Positions 24,458-37,666 are shown, numbered from the whole stretch's first letter. The stretch: DNA of 63,028 nt, filler included, from Octopus bimaculoides (GCF_001194135.2; 8 parts of 8 records of this genome joined end to end with filler, not necessarily neighbours in it); one strand, 5' to 3'. A program made the numbers and translations. Notes: a model not told the origin generated them from the letters alone.

Positions 24458-24932
24458 NNNNNNNNNNNNNNNNNNNNNNNNNNNNNNNNNNNNNNNNNNN
24501 NNNNNNNNNNNNNNNNNNNNNNNNNNNNNNNNNNNNNNNNNNNNNNNNNNNNNNNNNTATACACATACATATACACATACGTATACGCACATGCATATAC
24601 ATATACATATATACATACATATACACATACATTTACACATGCAAATGTATGCATGTATTTGTACATACATACATTTAATATATATATATATATATTAAAT
24701 GCATATATGTACACACATACATACATGCATAGATTTGCACGTGTGTATATGTATGTGTATATAATAAAGTACTAAATGCTTCTGTAATTTAAGTGCGTTA
24801 TAGTTATTTGATGACTAAGATAAACGTTTCGTTTCTAAGTGAATCTATTGTGAAAACGCTTGGAATCGAATTGTCATTATCACTTAATTAGTTAATTACT
24901 CATCAAACTATTAATATATAGCAATTTATTGA

Positions 24933-25137
24933 AGGTAGCGAGCTAGCAGAATCGTTAGCATGTCTGGGAAAAATGGTTGGTGGGCATTCCGTTCTGAGTT
25001 CAAATTCTGCCGATAGCGATGTTGCTTGTCATCCCTTTTAGGTATCAATAAAATAGGGATCAGTTGATTACTAGTGTCGATGTGATCGACTTACCCACTC
25101 AAAGAAATTGCTGGCCTTGTGCCAAAATTTGAACAAA
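24933..25137 (+). mobile_element. SINE, family B
   Basis: GGTAGCGAGCTAGCAGAATCGTTAG..GAGTTCAAATTCTGCC..TCATCCC..tail CTTGTGCCAAAATTTGAA. Confidence 0.8.
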
Positions 25138-25207
25138 TATATTACAATCCACTTTCTAAAGTAATGTTTGCTATATTAAACACACACACACTCATACATA
25201 CACACAT

Positions 25208-25559
25208 TTTACTCTTTTACTTGTTCCAGTCATTTGACTGCGGCCATGCTGGGGCACCGCCTTTAGTCGAGCAAATCGACCCCAGGACTTATTCTTTGTA
25301 AGCTCTATCGGTCTCTTTTTGCCGAACCGTTAAGTTACGTGGACGTAAACACACCAGCATCGGTTGTCATGCGAAGTTGGGGGGGGGGGACACAGACACA
25401 AACATATACACACACATACATATATATATATATGACGGGCTTCTTTCAGTTTCCATCTACCAAATCCACTCACAAGGCTTTGGTCGGCCCGAGGCTATAG
25501 TAGAAGACACTTGCCCAAGGTGCCACACAGTGGGACTGAACCCGGAACTATGTGACTGG
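25208..25559 (-). mobile_element. SINE, family C (head runs into gap)
   Basis: High identity to the reverse complements of 36580-37005 and 54683-55083. Confidence 0.9.
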
Positions 25560-26161
25560 NNNNNNNNNNNNNNNNNNNNNNNNNNNNNNNNNNNNNNNNN
25601 NNNNNNNNNNNNNNNNNNNNNNNNNNNNNNNNNNNNNNNNNNNNNNNNNNNNNNNNNNNNNNNNNNNNNNNNNNNNNNNNNNNNNNNNNNNNNNNNNNNN
25701 NNNNNNNNNNNNNNNNNNNNNNNNNNNNNNNNNNNNNNNNNNNNNNNNNNNNNNNNNNNNNNNNNNNNNNNNNNNNNNNNNNNNNNNNNNNNNNNNNNNN
25801 NNNNNNNNNNNNNNNNNNNNNNNNNNNNNNNNNNNNNNNNNNNNNNNNNNNNNNNNNNNNNNNNNNNNNNNNNNNNNNNNNNNNNNNNNNNNNNNNNNNN
25901 NNNNNNNNNNNNNNNNNNNNNNNNNNNNNNNNNNNNNNNNNNNNNNNNNNNNNNNNNNNNNNNNNNNNNNNNNNNNNNNNNNNNNNNNNNNNNNNNNNNN
26001 NNNNNNNNNNNNNNNNNNNNNNNNNNNNNNNNNNNNNNNNNNNNNNNNNNNNNNNNNNNNNNNNNNNNNNNNNNNNNNNNNNNNNNNNNNNNNNNNNNNN
26101 NNNNNNNNNNNNNNNNNNNNNNNNNNNNNNNNNNNNNNNNNNNNNNNNNNNNNNNNNNNNN

Positions 26162-26254
<93 letters not shown>

Positions 26255-26999
26255 ACACGTATATATACACACACATATGTATGTGTGTATATATAAATGT
26301 ATGTGTGTTTGTGTGCGTGTGTGTGTATGAAGCTATCTACCTATGTAAACAGAACATGAGTAACATTAAAATACTCGTTTAAAATCTATTTACTTAGACA
26401 TATATATACACATATAAATTAAAAAAAACAACAACCAAGCCTTCCTATTCTCTTAAAAGAAAACGAAAAAAAATAAGTCGTATTGCGCAATATAATTCCG
26501 GATGTGTCAAAAGAAAAGTTGGTCATAGTTCGAAGGCTTTAAATTATACGCTTGATCAACATCTGTAACGACAACTACAATAATAAGAAGTAATGTCTTC
26601 TCACGTCTTTTCTAGTCGACGCTGCCTCTACTTACGAAAACTGCTTACAGTTATGTAGTACATATTGACAGCTAGTTGGTCTGTGCTCCTGAGAGTTATG
26701 TCCAGGGTGGATCTACGGTAGTTTCTTGTTGTGGAAAGATGAACCTGCTAAATGTCTTTGACATGATTCTAAATATTGCTTACTTTTCAGCTGGCTGTTT
26801 AAAAGCCTTGTTTATTAAACTTGTTACTTGTGAGTCTCGGCACACAAACACAGACATCCATATAAACTCTCTTGCATGCTCGCGGCTGTCTGTGCTTTAT
26901 ATATATATATATATNNNNNNNNNNGTTTTTATTTACATCTTTCTTTTTATTTCCCTGTGTATGTATGTATATAGAGAGATAGATAGATCGATAGATCTA

Positions 27000-27045
<46 letters not shown>

Positions 27046-27090
27046 TATTACACACACACATACACGCACGCGCACACACACATGTGTATG

Positions 27091-27141
<51 letters not shown>

Positions 27142-27479
27142 TACTGCACTCACACACGCTGACACGTGCCCGCACCAAATAGACGAAAAGGTAAGATGTC
27201 TACATAATAGCTAAACCTGCTAGAAATGGCACCTAAATTCTCCGCAAACTACATTTTTTCCAGCTAAAAAATGAGAAGCAGCTATGAAGAATATATTTCT
27301 TAATGTTGTCTAAAAAATAAAACGGAGTAGTCATAACTGAAGCGCTTTGATCATTGCCTTGCATGGTTAGTGCCGACATGAAGTTAAATTGCAATAATCG
27401 AAAATAATCAAAGTATTTCAATCAATCAACAAAAACGATTTACCAATTCGATTGATTGTTAATTCTCTGTCAAATCATC

Positions 27480-27795
27480 CGTAGATGGTTAACATCTGAG
27501 GGAATCATTCATGGGTAGTTGACTTCTCAAGGATCATTGCATGGATGATTATCATCTTGGAGATTAATCCTTCATGGATATTTGATTTCTGGTGAATGAT
27601 TTCATGGATGGTTGACGAGTGTGGGACATGCCCATGGATGATTGATTGACATTTGGATCATCCATCCACGGGTGATTGATTAACATAGACTTCATCCATG
27701 AATCGCTGACATACGAAACATCCAACCATGGGTGACTGACTTCTGGAGAATCATTCTATGAATGATTTGATATTCATGGGGTCCATCCATGGAAG
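27480..27795. repeat. Degenerate minisatellite, about 30-bp unit (CATGGATGxTTGACxTCTGGxGAxT)
   Basis: CATGG(A/G)TG recurs about every 30 bp, about 10 times. Confidence 0.7.
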
Positions 27796-27944
27796 AAACA
27801 CAAGCAATCATATGTTTAAATATTTCTGTTGTGATGTTAATAAGTACATAAGTTTTCAGACTATTTAATAAAGTTCGTCTTTGAGGATGAAAAATAAGTT
27901 TAATATTTACATTTACACAACGTTTACATTTGAATCAAATATTA

Positions 27945-28150
27945 AGGTTTGGCACAAGACCAGCAATTTCGGGAGAAGGTGTAAGTCGATTACATCGACC
28001 CCAATGCTCAAGTAGCACTTATTTTATCGATTCCGAGAGGATGAAAGGCAAAGTCGACCTCGGCGAAATTTGAACTCAGAGCGTAAGAACGGACGAAATG
28101 CCGCTAGGCATTTTTCCCGACGCGGTAACGATTCTCGCAGCTCGCCGCCT
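27945..28150 (-). mobile_element. SINE, family B
   Basis: Plus strand GGATGAAAGGCAAAGTCGACCTCGGCGAAATTTGAACTCAGAGC..CTCGCAGCTCGCCGCC. Confidence 0.85.
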
Positions 28151-28189
28151 TCCAAATATTAAATATTAACTGTATTTTCGTCCGTTAGC

Positions 28190-28730
<541 letters not shown>

Positions 28731-29334
28731 AGTCGTAAAAAGTTTAAACTTTAAAAAATGTTCACATGGAAAGCGCCATACGTATATTTTCCAGTGATAG
28801 ATTTAGCTTGTGTAAAAATGGAACTGCAACAATCAGGAAGTGAAACTAAGATGTTAACACAATTCTGCTAACAGATTTTATTTCATGCAATGCCACTGCC
28901 TATTATATGATTATAGACAAATTAGTATATTCACACCTACATATATATATATATATATATACAAATATATACACACGTGCGATCGCGTACACGCATGTAT
29001 TCATAATGACAGGTCTCCATCGAAGAGTATTTAAACTGTTTGATCAACGAATCGACCTAGTGTTTGTTTGCTTGCCTTAGCGTGTAAGTGGTTGAGTATT
29101 CCGAAGAGGTGTGTAACCTTAACATGACAGAATCAGTGTGACGAGGCTGCACATTTGAATTCCAGGTGGAATCCATTCGATGGGTTTCTAAATGGTTTCC
29201 GTTTTCACAGTTTCACTAACAATACATGGATCGGTATGAAGGTAGAGCAGAATATATGCATGTATGTTTATATGTATGTGTATATATATGTATGTGTACA
29301 TATGTGTATATATATATATATATATTAATATTTT

Positions 29335-29769
29335 CTGCCCTAGGCACAAGGCCCGGTTTTTGAACTCAGAACGTAACGGGAGACGAAATACCGCTAAGCA
29401 TTTCACCCGACGTGCTATTGTTTCTTATTTATTTACTGCCCACAAGAGGCTACACACAGAGGGGACAGACAAACGGATAAAGTCGATTATATCGACCCCA
29501 GTGCGTAACTGGTACTTATTTCATCGACCCCGAAAGGATGAAAGGCAAAGTCGACTTCGGCGGAATTTGAACTCGGAACGTAACAGCAGACGAAATACCG
29601 CTAAGCGTTTCGCCCGGCGTGCTAACGTTTCTGCCAGCTCGACGCCTTCAATAATATTCTTTTCTACTCTAGGCACAAGGCCCGAAATTTTGGGGGAGGG
29701 GGCCAGTCGATTAAATCGACCCAGTACGCAACTAGTACTTAATTTATCGATCCCGAAAGGATGAAAAGC
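29335..29769 (-). mobile_element. Three tandem family B SINEs (29335-29416 internally deleted; 29430-29647 full length; 29660-29769 partial)
   Basis: Repeated TTGAACTC(A/G)GAACGTAAC..GACGAAATACCGCTAAGC and ATCGACCCCGAAAGGATGAAAGGC motifs, with two different tails. Confidence 0.88.
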
Positions 29770-30123
29770 NNNNNNNNNNTATATATATATATATATTAAC
29801 ATTTGTTTTATGTTCAGTTATAATAAAGAAAAAGAAAATTTTATATTAATCAGATGGGTTATTTTATACTTTTGTAGGATACAAATTTAATTTTCTTATA
29901 CAAGAATGTTGTTGACAATGACTTCGAAGTTTCGACCAGTTAGGCTCAGAGAGATACGTGTAAACACAATATTTATATAGACATGAATATACGACAGTAT
30001 TCAAATACAAACAGGGAGATATACTCCACGTCTTTACCTGAATCCAAAACGAAAACGTGACTCATCTGGAGTTTATTTTTGTGTACTTCAATGAAATATT
30101 ATAAAACAATAGATGTAGCTTAC

Positions 30124-30940
30124 CTTTGTTAGGGGAATGTTGTCTGTAGTCCGATAGAGGGCTCGAGGAAGTCTCCTCGCGTTCCGTTTGATGTGATTGA
30201 AGGCTGTTGTGCCGACAGTGGTGAGAGGAAGGGGGTTGAGTTGGGCGCTGATGCGCATGTAGGTTGACCAGATGGCCGAGGGGACTTGAGTTGGCCGTGG
30301 TCAGCGTTGTGGGTGCAGAGAAATTAGTTAATGTGTCCGATAACGAGCAAGTCGATGACGACGACAATGAAGATGATTTCATGTTCGATGTAGATAAATG
30401 AAGAGTAGGCGATGTATCTGAGACAGAATTAGGGGTCAACGTGAAAGTACTGGTGTGCTGGGGTCGTACTATAGCTGATGGTGGTGATGATGATGCTGAT
30501 GTTATCGAGATAGGGCCTGATGTCAGGGCCGGATGAGGACCGTTGGTTAAATTTCCCGTCCCAGTATGATTCATTGTCAACATAGACGGAGTATGTGGGG
30601 TTATGGTTTGTCCGCTCGGGGTCGTCGCTAATGAGGGATTAGACGGCCCCAGAAGAGAAATCGACGAAGGTGAAGATCTACTCATAAAACCTGTATGACC
30701 AATAACAGCTGCTGCAGCCGCTGCGGCGCTGGACGCTCGTGGATCGAGTGACATCGTCGACGTCATACCGGGTAAACTGGCCGCCGATGACGACGTGAAA
30801 GCGTGGGCAGCCGTAGCTGGGTCTGTAACCGGTGGCAGAAACATATACCCACTGTATAACAGCGGGGCAGAGAGCCGCGGCTGCGGAGCCATTAGAGAGT
30901 CGATTGTAAAAGCACTGCTGTACGACGGTCGGTGGTGCAT
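30124..30940 (-). CDS. gbx: First coding exon of a Gbx (gastrulation brain homeobox/unplugged)-type homeobox transcription factor; homeobox exon not visible in window
   Basis: MHHRPSYSSAFTIDSLMAPQPRLSAPLLYSGYMFLP matches my recollection of the Gbx N-terminus (human GBX1 TAFSIDSLIGPPPPRSGHLLYTGYPMFMP), including the eh1 motif. It is a GC-rich island of 272 codons plus 1 nt ending at the donor AAG/GTAAG (intron starts at 30123). The Ser/Thr/Pro/Ala-rich body is typical of TF N-termini. Confidence 0.82.
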
Positions 30941-31985
30941 CCCGAAACTGGAAGTTAAAGAAANNNNNNNNNNNNNNNNNNNNNNNNNNNNNNNNNNNNN
31001 NNNNNNNNNNNNNNNNNNNNNNNNNNNNNNNNNNNNNNNNNNNNNNNNNNNNNNNNNNNNNNNNNNNNNNNNNNNNNNNNNNNNNNNNNNNNNNNNNNNN
31101 NNNNNNNNNNNNNNNNNNNNNNNNNNNNNNNNNNNNNNNNNNNNNNNNNNNNNNNNNNNNNNNNNNNNNNNNNNNNNNNNNNNNNNNNNNNNNNNNNNNN
31201 NNNNNNNNNNNNNNNNNNNNNNNNNNNNNNNNNNNNNNNNNNNNNNNNNNNNNNNNNNNNNNNNNNNNNNNNNNNNNNNNNNNNNNNNNNNNNNNNNNNN
31301 NNNNNNNNNNNNNNNNNNNNNNNNNNNNNNNNNNNNNNNNNNNNNNNNNNNNNNNNNNNNNNNNNNNNNNNNNNNNNNNNNNNNNNNNNNNNNNNNNNNN
31401 NNNNNNNNNNNNNNNNNNNNNNNNNNNNNNNNNNNNNNNNNNNNNNNNNNNNNNNNNNNNNNNNNNNNNNNNNNNNNNNNNNNNNNNNNNNNNNNNATAT
31501 ATATATATATATATACAACTTTTTCTTTTCTGATTCTCTTTTCCTTTCTTTTCTATTTCCGAAATAAATTTGATCTTTTTTGTTTGCAATGTGATAGTAT
31601 TGTTGTTGTTACTGTTGTTGTTGTTGTTATTGTTGTTGTCGTTGTTGTTGTTGTTGTTAGTGCTGGTTCAATGAAATCTCAACACTACAGTAAACAACAC
31701 ACACTTACACACGCACCCATGCACACACTCACGCGAACACACTTACACACACACACTCACACGCGCACGCATCATAAACGTACGTTTAGACAGACACTCA
31801 TGAAAACCGGCTTAGTTGGTTTATAAGAGACAGACAGAGCATATATAATATATATATATATGTGTGTGTATATATATATCTGTGTATATAGATATATACA
31901 CACATGTACGAGAGACATAGACAGAGGGGAAAAAGGAAGAAGACAGAAAAATTATACGTTGTAAGCGAAGGTATATACTCGTGTT

Positions 31986-32016
<31 letters not shown>

Positions 32017-32057
32017 ATAGGGTTAGGGTAGACAGATAATCAGATATATTTGTGTAC

Positions 32058-32092
<35 letters not shown>

Positions 32093-32125
32093 TTTGCGTN
32101 NNNNNNNNNNNNNNNNNNNNNNNNN

Positions 32126-32176
<51 letters not shown>

Positions 32177-32497
32177 TGAGTGAGAGAGAGAGAGAGAGAG
32201 GTATGTGTGTCTACGTATTACAAATGTAAAAATGAAAGCGGGGAGCTTTCCATACAGCTCGTCTTTGAATGTAACATCTGAGAGAACTAACTTAATAGAT
32301 GCTTTGTGAAGTGTATTTCACCAACGAGCAGATACCGAGGAAACACTTCACTTCGCTTCAGTCGAGTGGAACTCATCATAATTAGAATGACTGTGCGTGT
32401 GTATGAGTGCGTGTATGCGCGTTTGTTTGTGTGTGTGAGCGTACGTACATGCGAGCGGAGAGGAAAACTAGTTCACACTTTATGCTGTGATTGCTAG

Positions 32498-32501
32498 TAG
32501 T

Positions 32502-32558
<57 letters not shown>
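32498..32558. repeat. (TAG)n microsatellite
   Basis: Directly visible. Confidence 0.95.
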
Positions 32559-32559
<1 letters not shown>

Positions 32560-33159
32560 GAAATCAAGCTGTCACTCTTGTACACATAGTACTAATTTAA
32601 ATACATGTGTGTACGTACCTGTATGTTTGTGTGTATATGTATGAATATATGGTGCTCCAGCATGACCACAGCCGCGTGGCTGAAACGAATAAGAGAATAT
32701 ATCTATCTATCTATATCTATNNNNNNNNNNNNNNNNNNNNNNNNNNNNNNNNNNNNNNNNNNNNNNNNNNNNNNNNNNNNNNNNNNNNNNNNNNNNNNNN
32801 NNNNNNNNNNNNNNNNNNNNNNNNNNNNNNNNNNNNNNNNNNNNNNNNNNNNNNNNNNNNNNNNNNNNNNNNNNNNNNNNNNNNNNNNNNNNNNNNNNNN
32901 NNNNNNNNNNNNNNNNNNNNNNNNNNNNNNNNNNNNNNNNNNNNNNNNNNNNNNNNNNNNNNNNNNNNNNNNNNNNNNNNNNNNNNNNNNNNNNNNNNNN
33001 NNNNNNNNNNNNNNNNNNNNNNNNNNNNNNNNNNNNNNNNNNNNNNNNNNNNNNNNNNNNNNNNNNNNNNNNNNNNNNNNNNNNATATTTATTTCTTTGC
33101 CTTTTTTTTTTCTCTGTAATTATTGTTGTTGTTGTCGTTATGCGTTTGTGGTACCGGTA

Positions 33160-33188
33160 GATGATAATGATAATGATGATGATGACGA

Positions 33189-33235
<47 letters not shown>

Positions 33236-33245
33236 GTGATGATGC
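33160..33245. repeat. (GAT)n/(GAC)n microsatellite
   Basis: Directly visible. Confidence 0.95.
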
Positions 33246-33712
33246 TGAAGATTTCGATGTTAGTATTACTGCTCTCCTCCAAGTAAATTTATACTACTTT
33301 CGTATATATTATTTTTATGAGAAAGTTTGTCCTCTCAGATTGAAGTACCAACTAATAATGGCCGCTAAGTCCTTCCGCCATCGCGCATCCATATTTCTGG
33401 CTCCTGTTTAGGACCAACCTGCGGCTAAAACTTATACAGTTATACGTGTATAGTTAGACACAGTAATTTCCTTGTTTGTTTGTGTTTGTTTGTTTGTTTT
33501 CTTTTTAACCCTTCTTGTTATTTATGTTGCAATTGTTCTTGTTTTTGCTGGTGTTGTTGTTGTTGTTGTTAATATCATCGAAGCTGTTAAAAGTAATTTA
33601 CGGGATTTATAATCTTTCGTTGTTGTTGTTGTTCTAGTCGTTGTTGCTGCTTTTGTTCTTGTTCTTGTTATTGTCAGCGAAGCTAATACTGCAGAAGTAG
33701 TTTGGAAGTAAA

Positions 33713-33784
33713 GCGGTGAGCTGGCAGAAACGTTAGCACGCCGGGCGAAATGCTTAGCGGTATTTCGTCTGCCGTTACGTTCTG
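33713..33784 (+). mobile_element. Family B SINE head (truncated by gap)
   Basis: GCGGTGAGCTGGCAGAAACGTTAGCACGCCGGGCGAAATGCTTAGCGGTATTTCGTCTGCCGTTACGTTCTGA. Confidence 0.88.
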
Positions 33785-34635
33785 ANNNNNNNNNNNNNNN
33801 NNNNNNNNNNNNNNNNNNNNNNNNNNNNNNNNNNNNNNNNNNNNNNNNNNNNNNNNNNNNNNNNNNNNNNNNNNNNNNNNNNNNNNNNNNNNNNNNNNNN
33901 NNNNNNNNNNNNNNNNNNNNNNNNNNNNNNNNNNNNNNNNNNNNNNNNNNNNNNNNNNNNNNNNNNNNNNNNNNNNNNNNNNNNNNNNNNNNNNNNNNNN
34001 NNNNNNNNNNNNNNNNNNNNNNNNNNNNNNNNNNNNNNNNNNNNNNNNNNNNNNNNNNNNNNNNNNNNNNNNNNNNNNNNNNNNNNNNNNNNNNNNNNNN
34101 NNNNNNNNNNNNNNNNNNNNNNNNNNNNNNNNNNNNNNNNNNNNNNNNNNNNNNNNNNNNNNNNNNNNNNNNNNNNNNNNNNNNNNNNNNNNNNNNNNNN
34201 NNNNNNNNNNNNNNNNNNNNNNNNNNNNNNNNNNNNNNNNNNNNNNNNNNNNNNNNNNNNNNNNNNNNNNNNNNNNNNNNNNNNNNNNNNNNNNNNNNNN
34301 NNNNNNNNNNNNNNNNNNNNNNNNNNNNNNNNNNNNNNNNNNNNNNNNNNNNNNNNNNNNNNNNNNNNNNNNNNNNNNNNNNNNNNNNNNNNNNNNNNNN
34401 NNNNNNNNNNNNNNNNNNNNNNNNNNNNNNNNNNNNNNNNNNNNNNNNNNNNNNNNNNNNNNNNNNNNNNNNNNNNNNNNNNNNNNNNNNNNNNNNNNNN
34501 NNNNNNNNNNNNNNNNNNNNNNNNNNNNNNNNNNNNNNNNNNNNNNNNNNNNNNNNNNNNNNNNNNNNNNNNNNNNNNNNNNNNNNNNNNNNNNNNNNNN
34601 NNNNNNNNNNNNNNNNNNNNNNNNNNNNNNNNNNN

Positions 34636-34696
<61 letters not shown>

Positions 34697-34883
34697 AAAG
34701 GGAAGGAGGAGGGAAAGATTTGTAGATGTCTAAAATAGAGGAGGAAACGTGAAAATTGCGGAGAGTGAGGGACAAAGAGGCTGAAAGAATGAGTTACTGA
34801 ATGAGGGAGGGAGGGAGGAAGGAAGAGAAGGGAATCTAGAGAATAGTAACATAGAAAGGGAAGGGGATATGGAAAAGGGGACG

Positions 34884-34928
<45 letters not shown>

Positions 34929-35560
34929 AATTGTGGACGAAAGGGGAGACAGAGAGAGTGAAAAAGAGAAATGAAACAAACGAAAGACAAAATGTGTGGT
35001 GTGTGAGAGAAAGAGGGAGAGGGAGAAAGAGAGAGAGAGACAGACAGACAGATAGACAAACAGACAGATAGAAGAAGAAGAAAGAGAAAGAGGGGGAAAG
35101 AGATGGGGAGAAAACAATGACGGAAAAGGACAGATGTATGAAAAGAGCGGGCAGAAAAGGNNNNNNNNNNCAATGACGGAAAAGGACAGATGGATGAAAA
35201 GAGCGGGCAGAAAAGGAAAGCAGAAGTTTTTTTGGTGAAAAATTGTAAACTGAGATTTAGAAGAAAAAAAAAAAAAGTGGACAGCGAAGAAAACAGAGTG
35301 AAAGAAAAATCAGAGAAACAGAAGGAAAAAAGATGGCGAAAAGATAAGGAATAAAGAAACGAAAAGGGAAGGAGAGAAAGGGTGAAAGAGAAATAAGGAG
35401 AGACTAAGAAAGAGAAAGAGAGAGAGTGAGAAAAGGAAAGAGAAAAAGAGAAATAAAGCTTGAGTGAGAAAGGTAAAGACAAGGAAAAATAAAGAGAAAG
35501 TGGGAAAGAGGTAAAGAGGAAGAGAAAAGGGAAAAGAGATTAGTGAGTGAGAGAAGATTT
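34636..35560 (+). repeat. About 0.9-kb purine-rich (GA) low-complexity tract
   Basis: Plus strand is overwhelmingly A/G with (GA)n runs. Confidence 0.9.
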
Positions 35561-36104
35561 GGTTAGTAAAAAGGGCTGGCGTAGCGCAGTGATAGGGTGA
35601 AGTGTGAGANNNNNNNNNNAGTGATTGGGAGGAAATGCTGCTGTTCCTGCTGTAGCTGTAGTGTTATTATCGCTGCCTTCGCTGCTGCTACTGCTGCACT
35701 GTTTCATTGAGGCTGAGCAATGGAGGAGACAACGGGTGATGTAAGTGGAAGAAGAAGGAGGAGGAGGAGGAGAGCGAAGAGTAAGACGGGGAAAGGAGAG
35801 AGAGAGTGGGGGAGAAGAATGAGCGGAGAGAGCAAGAAAGACATACTTAAAGATGGAGAGAAAGAGGCAATTACAGTAAGGTAATTGGTTAGCCCAAGGC
35901 CAGCTGAAACCAAGCAGACCTGGCCAAGTGTAATCAAGTAGACCTTATGACTAAAGACGTTCTAACAGTGACCCTCCTGTCTTCTTCCCAAGAACAATTC
36001 ATCCGGGAGCAAACACCTGATCGAATGTGCTCTTTGGGGATTCAATTTATTAATTATTTCTTTTTCTAAATTCTACTTTTATGTCCTTTTTTTGCCTTAT
36101 CCCT

Positions 36105-36441
36105 CGCGTGGCTCAGTGGTTAGAGAGTCGGGCTCAAAAATCATGAGGTAGTGAGTTCGACTCCTGGATTGGGCTGTGAGTTGTATTCTTGAGCAAGACA
36201 CTTCATTTCACGTTGCTCCAGTTCTCTCAGCAGTAGAAATGAGCTTCGACGTCACTGGTGCCAAGCTGTATCGGCCCCTTTGCCTTTCCCTTGGAGAACA
36301 TCGGTGACGTGGAGAGAGGGAGGCTGGTATGCACGGGCGACTGCTGGTCTTCCACAAACAACCTTGCCCGGACTTGTGCCTCGGAAGGAAACTTTCTAGG
36401 TGCAATCCCATGGTCAGTCATGACCGAAGGGGGTCTTTACC
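36105..36441 (+). mobile_element. SINE, family A, full length
   Basis: A-box GTGGCTCAGTGGTTAG, B-box GAGTTCGACTCC, core and tail as in 5839-6162. Confidence 0.9.
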
Positions 36442-36579
36442 CTATTATTGTAGTATCTCGTTGGATCGATGTAATCCCCACCTGTTTGTGTGTGTTGAAT
36501 CTTGTCCTTTGATATTGTCTCTAATGTCTTGGGCTCTTGTGGTCAATAGAAAGAAATCATTTTTTTTTATCAAAGATAG

Positions 36580-37005
36580 CAGGAGTGACTGTGTGGTAAG
36601 TTGCTTGCTTGCCAACCACATGGTCCCGGGTTTAGTCCCACTGCGTAGCACCTTGGGCAAGTGTCTTCTACTATAGCCTCGGGTCGATCAAAGCCTTGTG
36701 AGTGGATTTGGTAGACGGAAACTGAAAGAAGCCCGTCGTATATATGTATATGTATGTATATATATATGTATGTGTGTTTGTGTGTCTGTGTTTGCCCCTC
36801 CCCCCCCCCAATCATCGCTTGACAACCGATGCTGGTGTGTTTACGTCCACGTAACTTAGCGGTTCGGCAAAAAGAGACCGATAGAATAAGTACTAGGCTT
36901 ACAAAAGAATAAGTCCTGGGGTCGATTTGCTCGACTAAAGGCGGTGCTCCAGCATGGCCGTAGTCAAATGACTGAAACAAGTAAAAGAGTAAAAGAGTAA
37001 AAGAG
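36580..37005 (+). mobile_element. SINE, family C, full length with (GTAAAAGA)n tail
   Basis: Head CAGGAGTGACTGTGTGGTAAGTTGCTTGC, CORE-like CCTTGGGCAAGTGTCTT, tail GAAACAAGTAAAAGAGTAAAAGAG. Confidence 0.92.
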
Positions 37006-37026
37006 ATAGTAAGGAGGGGTGGTGAT

Positions 37027-37315
37027 GGCGCGTGACTTAGTGGTTAAGGGTATTCAGCTCAAGATCGTAAGGTTGTGAGTTCAATTCCTGGCGGTGCGTT
37101 GTGTCCTTGAGCAAGACACTTTATTTCACATTGCTCCAGTCCAGTCCACTCAGCTGGCAAAAATTATTTGTACCTGTATTTCAAATGGCCAGGCTTGTCA
37201 CATTCTGCGTCACGCTGAATCTCCCTGAGAACTACGCGTGTCTGTGGAGTGCTCAGTCACTTGCAAGTTAATTTATCGAGCAGGCTGTTCCTTTGATCGG
37301 ATCCGCAACCGACGG
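37027..37315 (+). mobile_element. SINE with family A head and core, second tail type
   Basis: GGCGCGTGACTTAGTGGTTAAGG..GAGTTCAATTCC..CCTTGAGCAAGACACTTTATTTCAC, then a tail matching the reverse complement of 17549-17720. Confidence 0.85.
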
Positions 37316-37666
37316 AGTGCCAGGAAGGATATTTGGCTGTTATTATTGCTTGAGGTTCGAGCAACTATGTATACAGTGAATGATAAGAAGTGAATGATAA
37401 GAAGAAACAGAAGAACAGGAGTAGAAAGATGCTGAAGAAATAGATTGAGGAGAACAAGCCAGCAAAAGGGAGGGAAGGAGGAGAGAGAGAAAGTGCGTGT
37501 GATAAAGGGAGAGAGAGAGAGAGAGAGAGTAAATGAATAAGATAAGAAGTAGAAGAGGAAATATGTAGGGTGTACAAGAAGGTACATCAGGCGGTGCCCC
37601 AGTATGACCGCAGTCTGATTACTGAAACAAGTAAAATTGTAAAAAAAAAATACATACATACATATA

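Noticed and set aside
35112-35215. About 46-bp direct repeat
   Set aside because: The copies flank a 10-N gap, so this is probably an unmerged contig overlap.
35704-35937. 77-aa hydrophobic ORF as a membrane peptide
   Set aside because: The hydrophobicity comes from translating the CT-rich strand of the purine tract.
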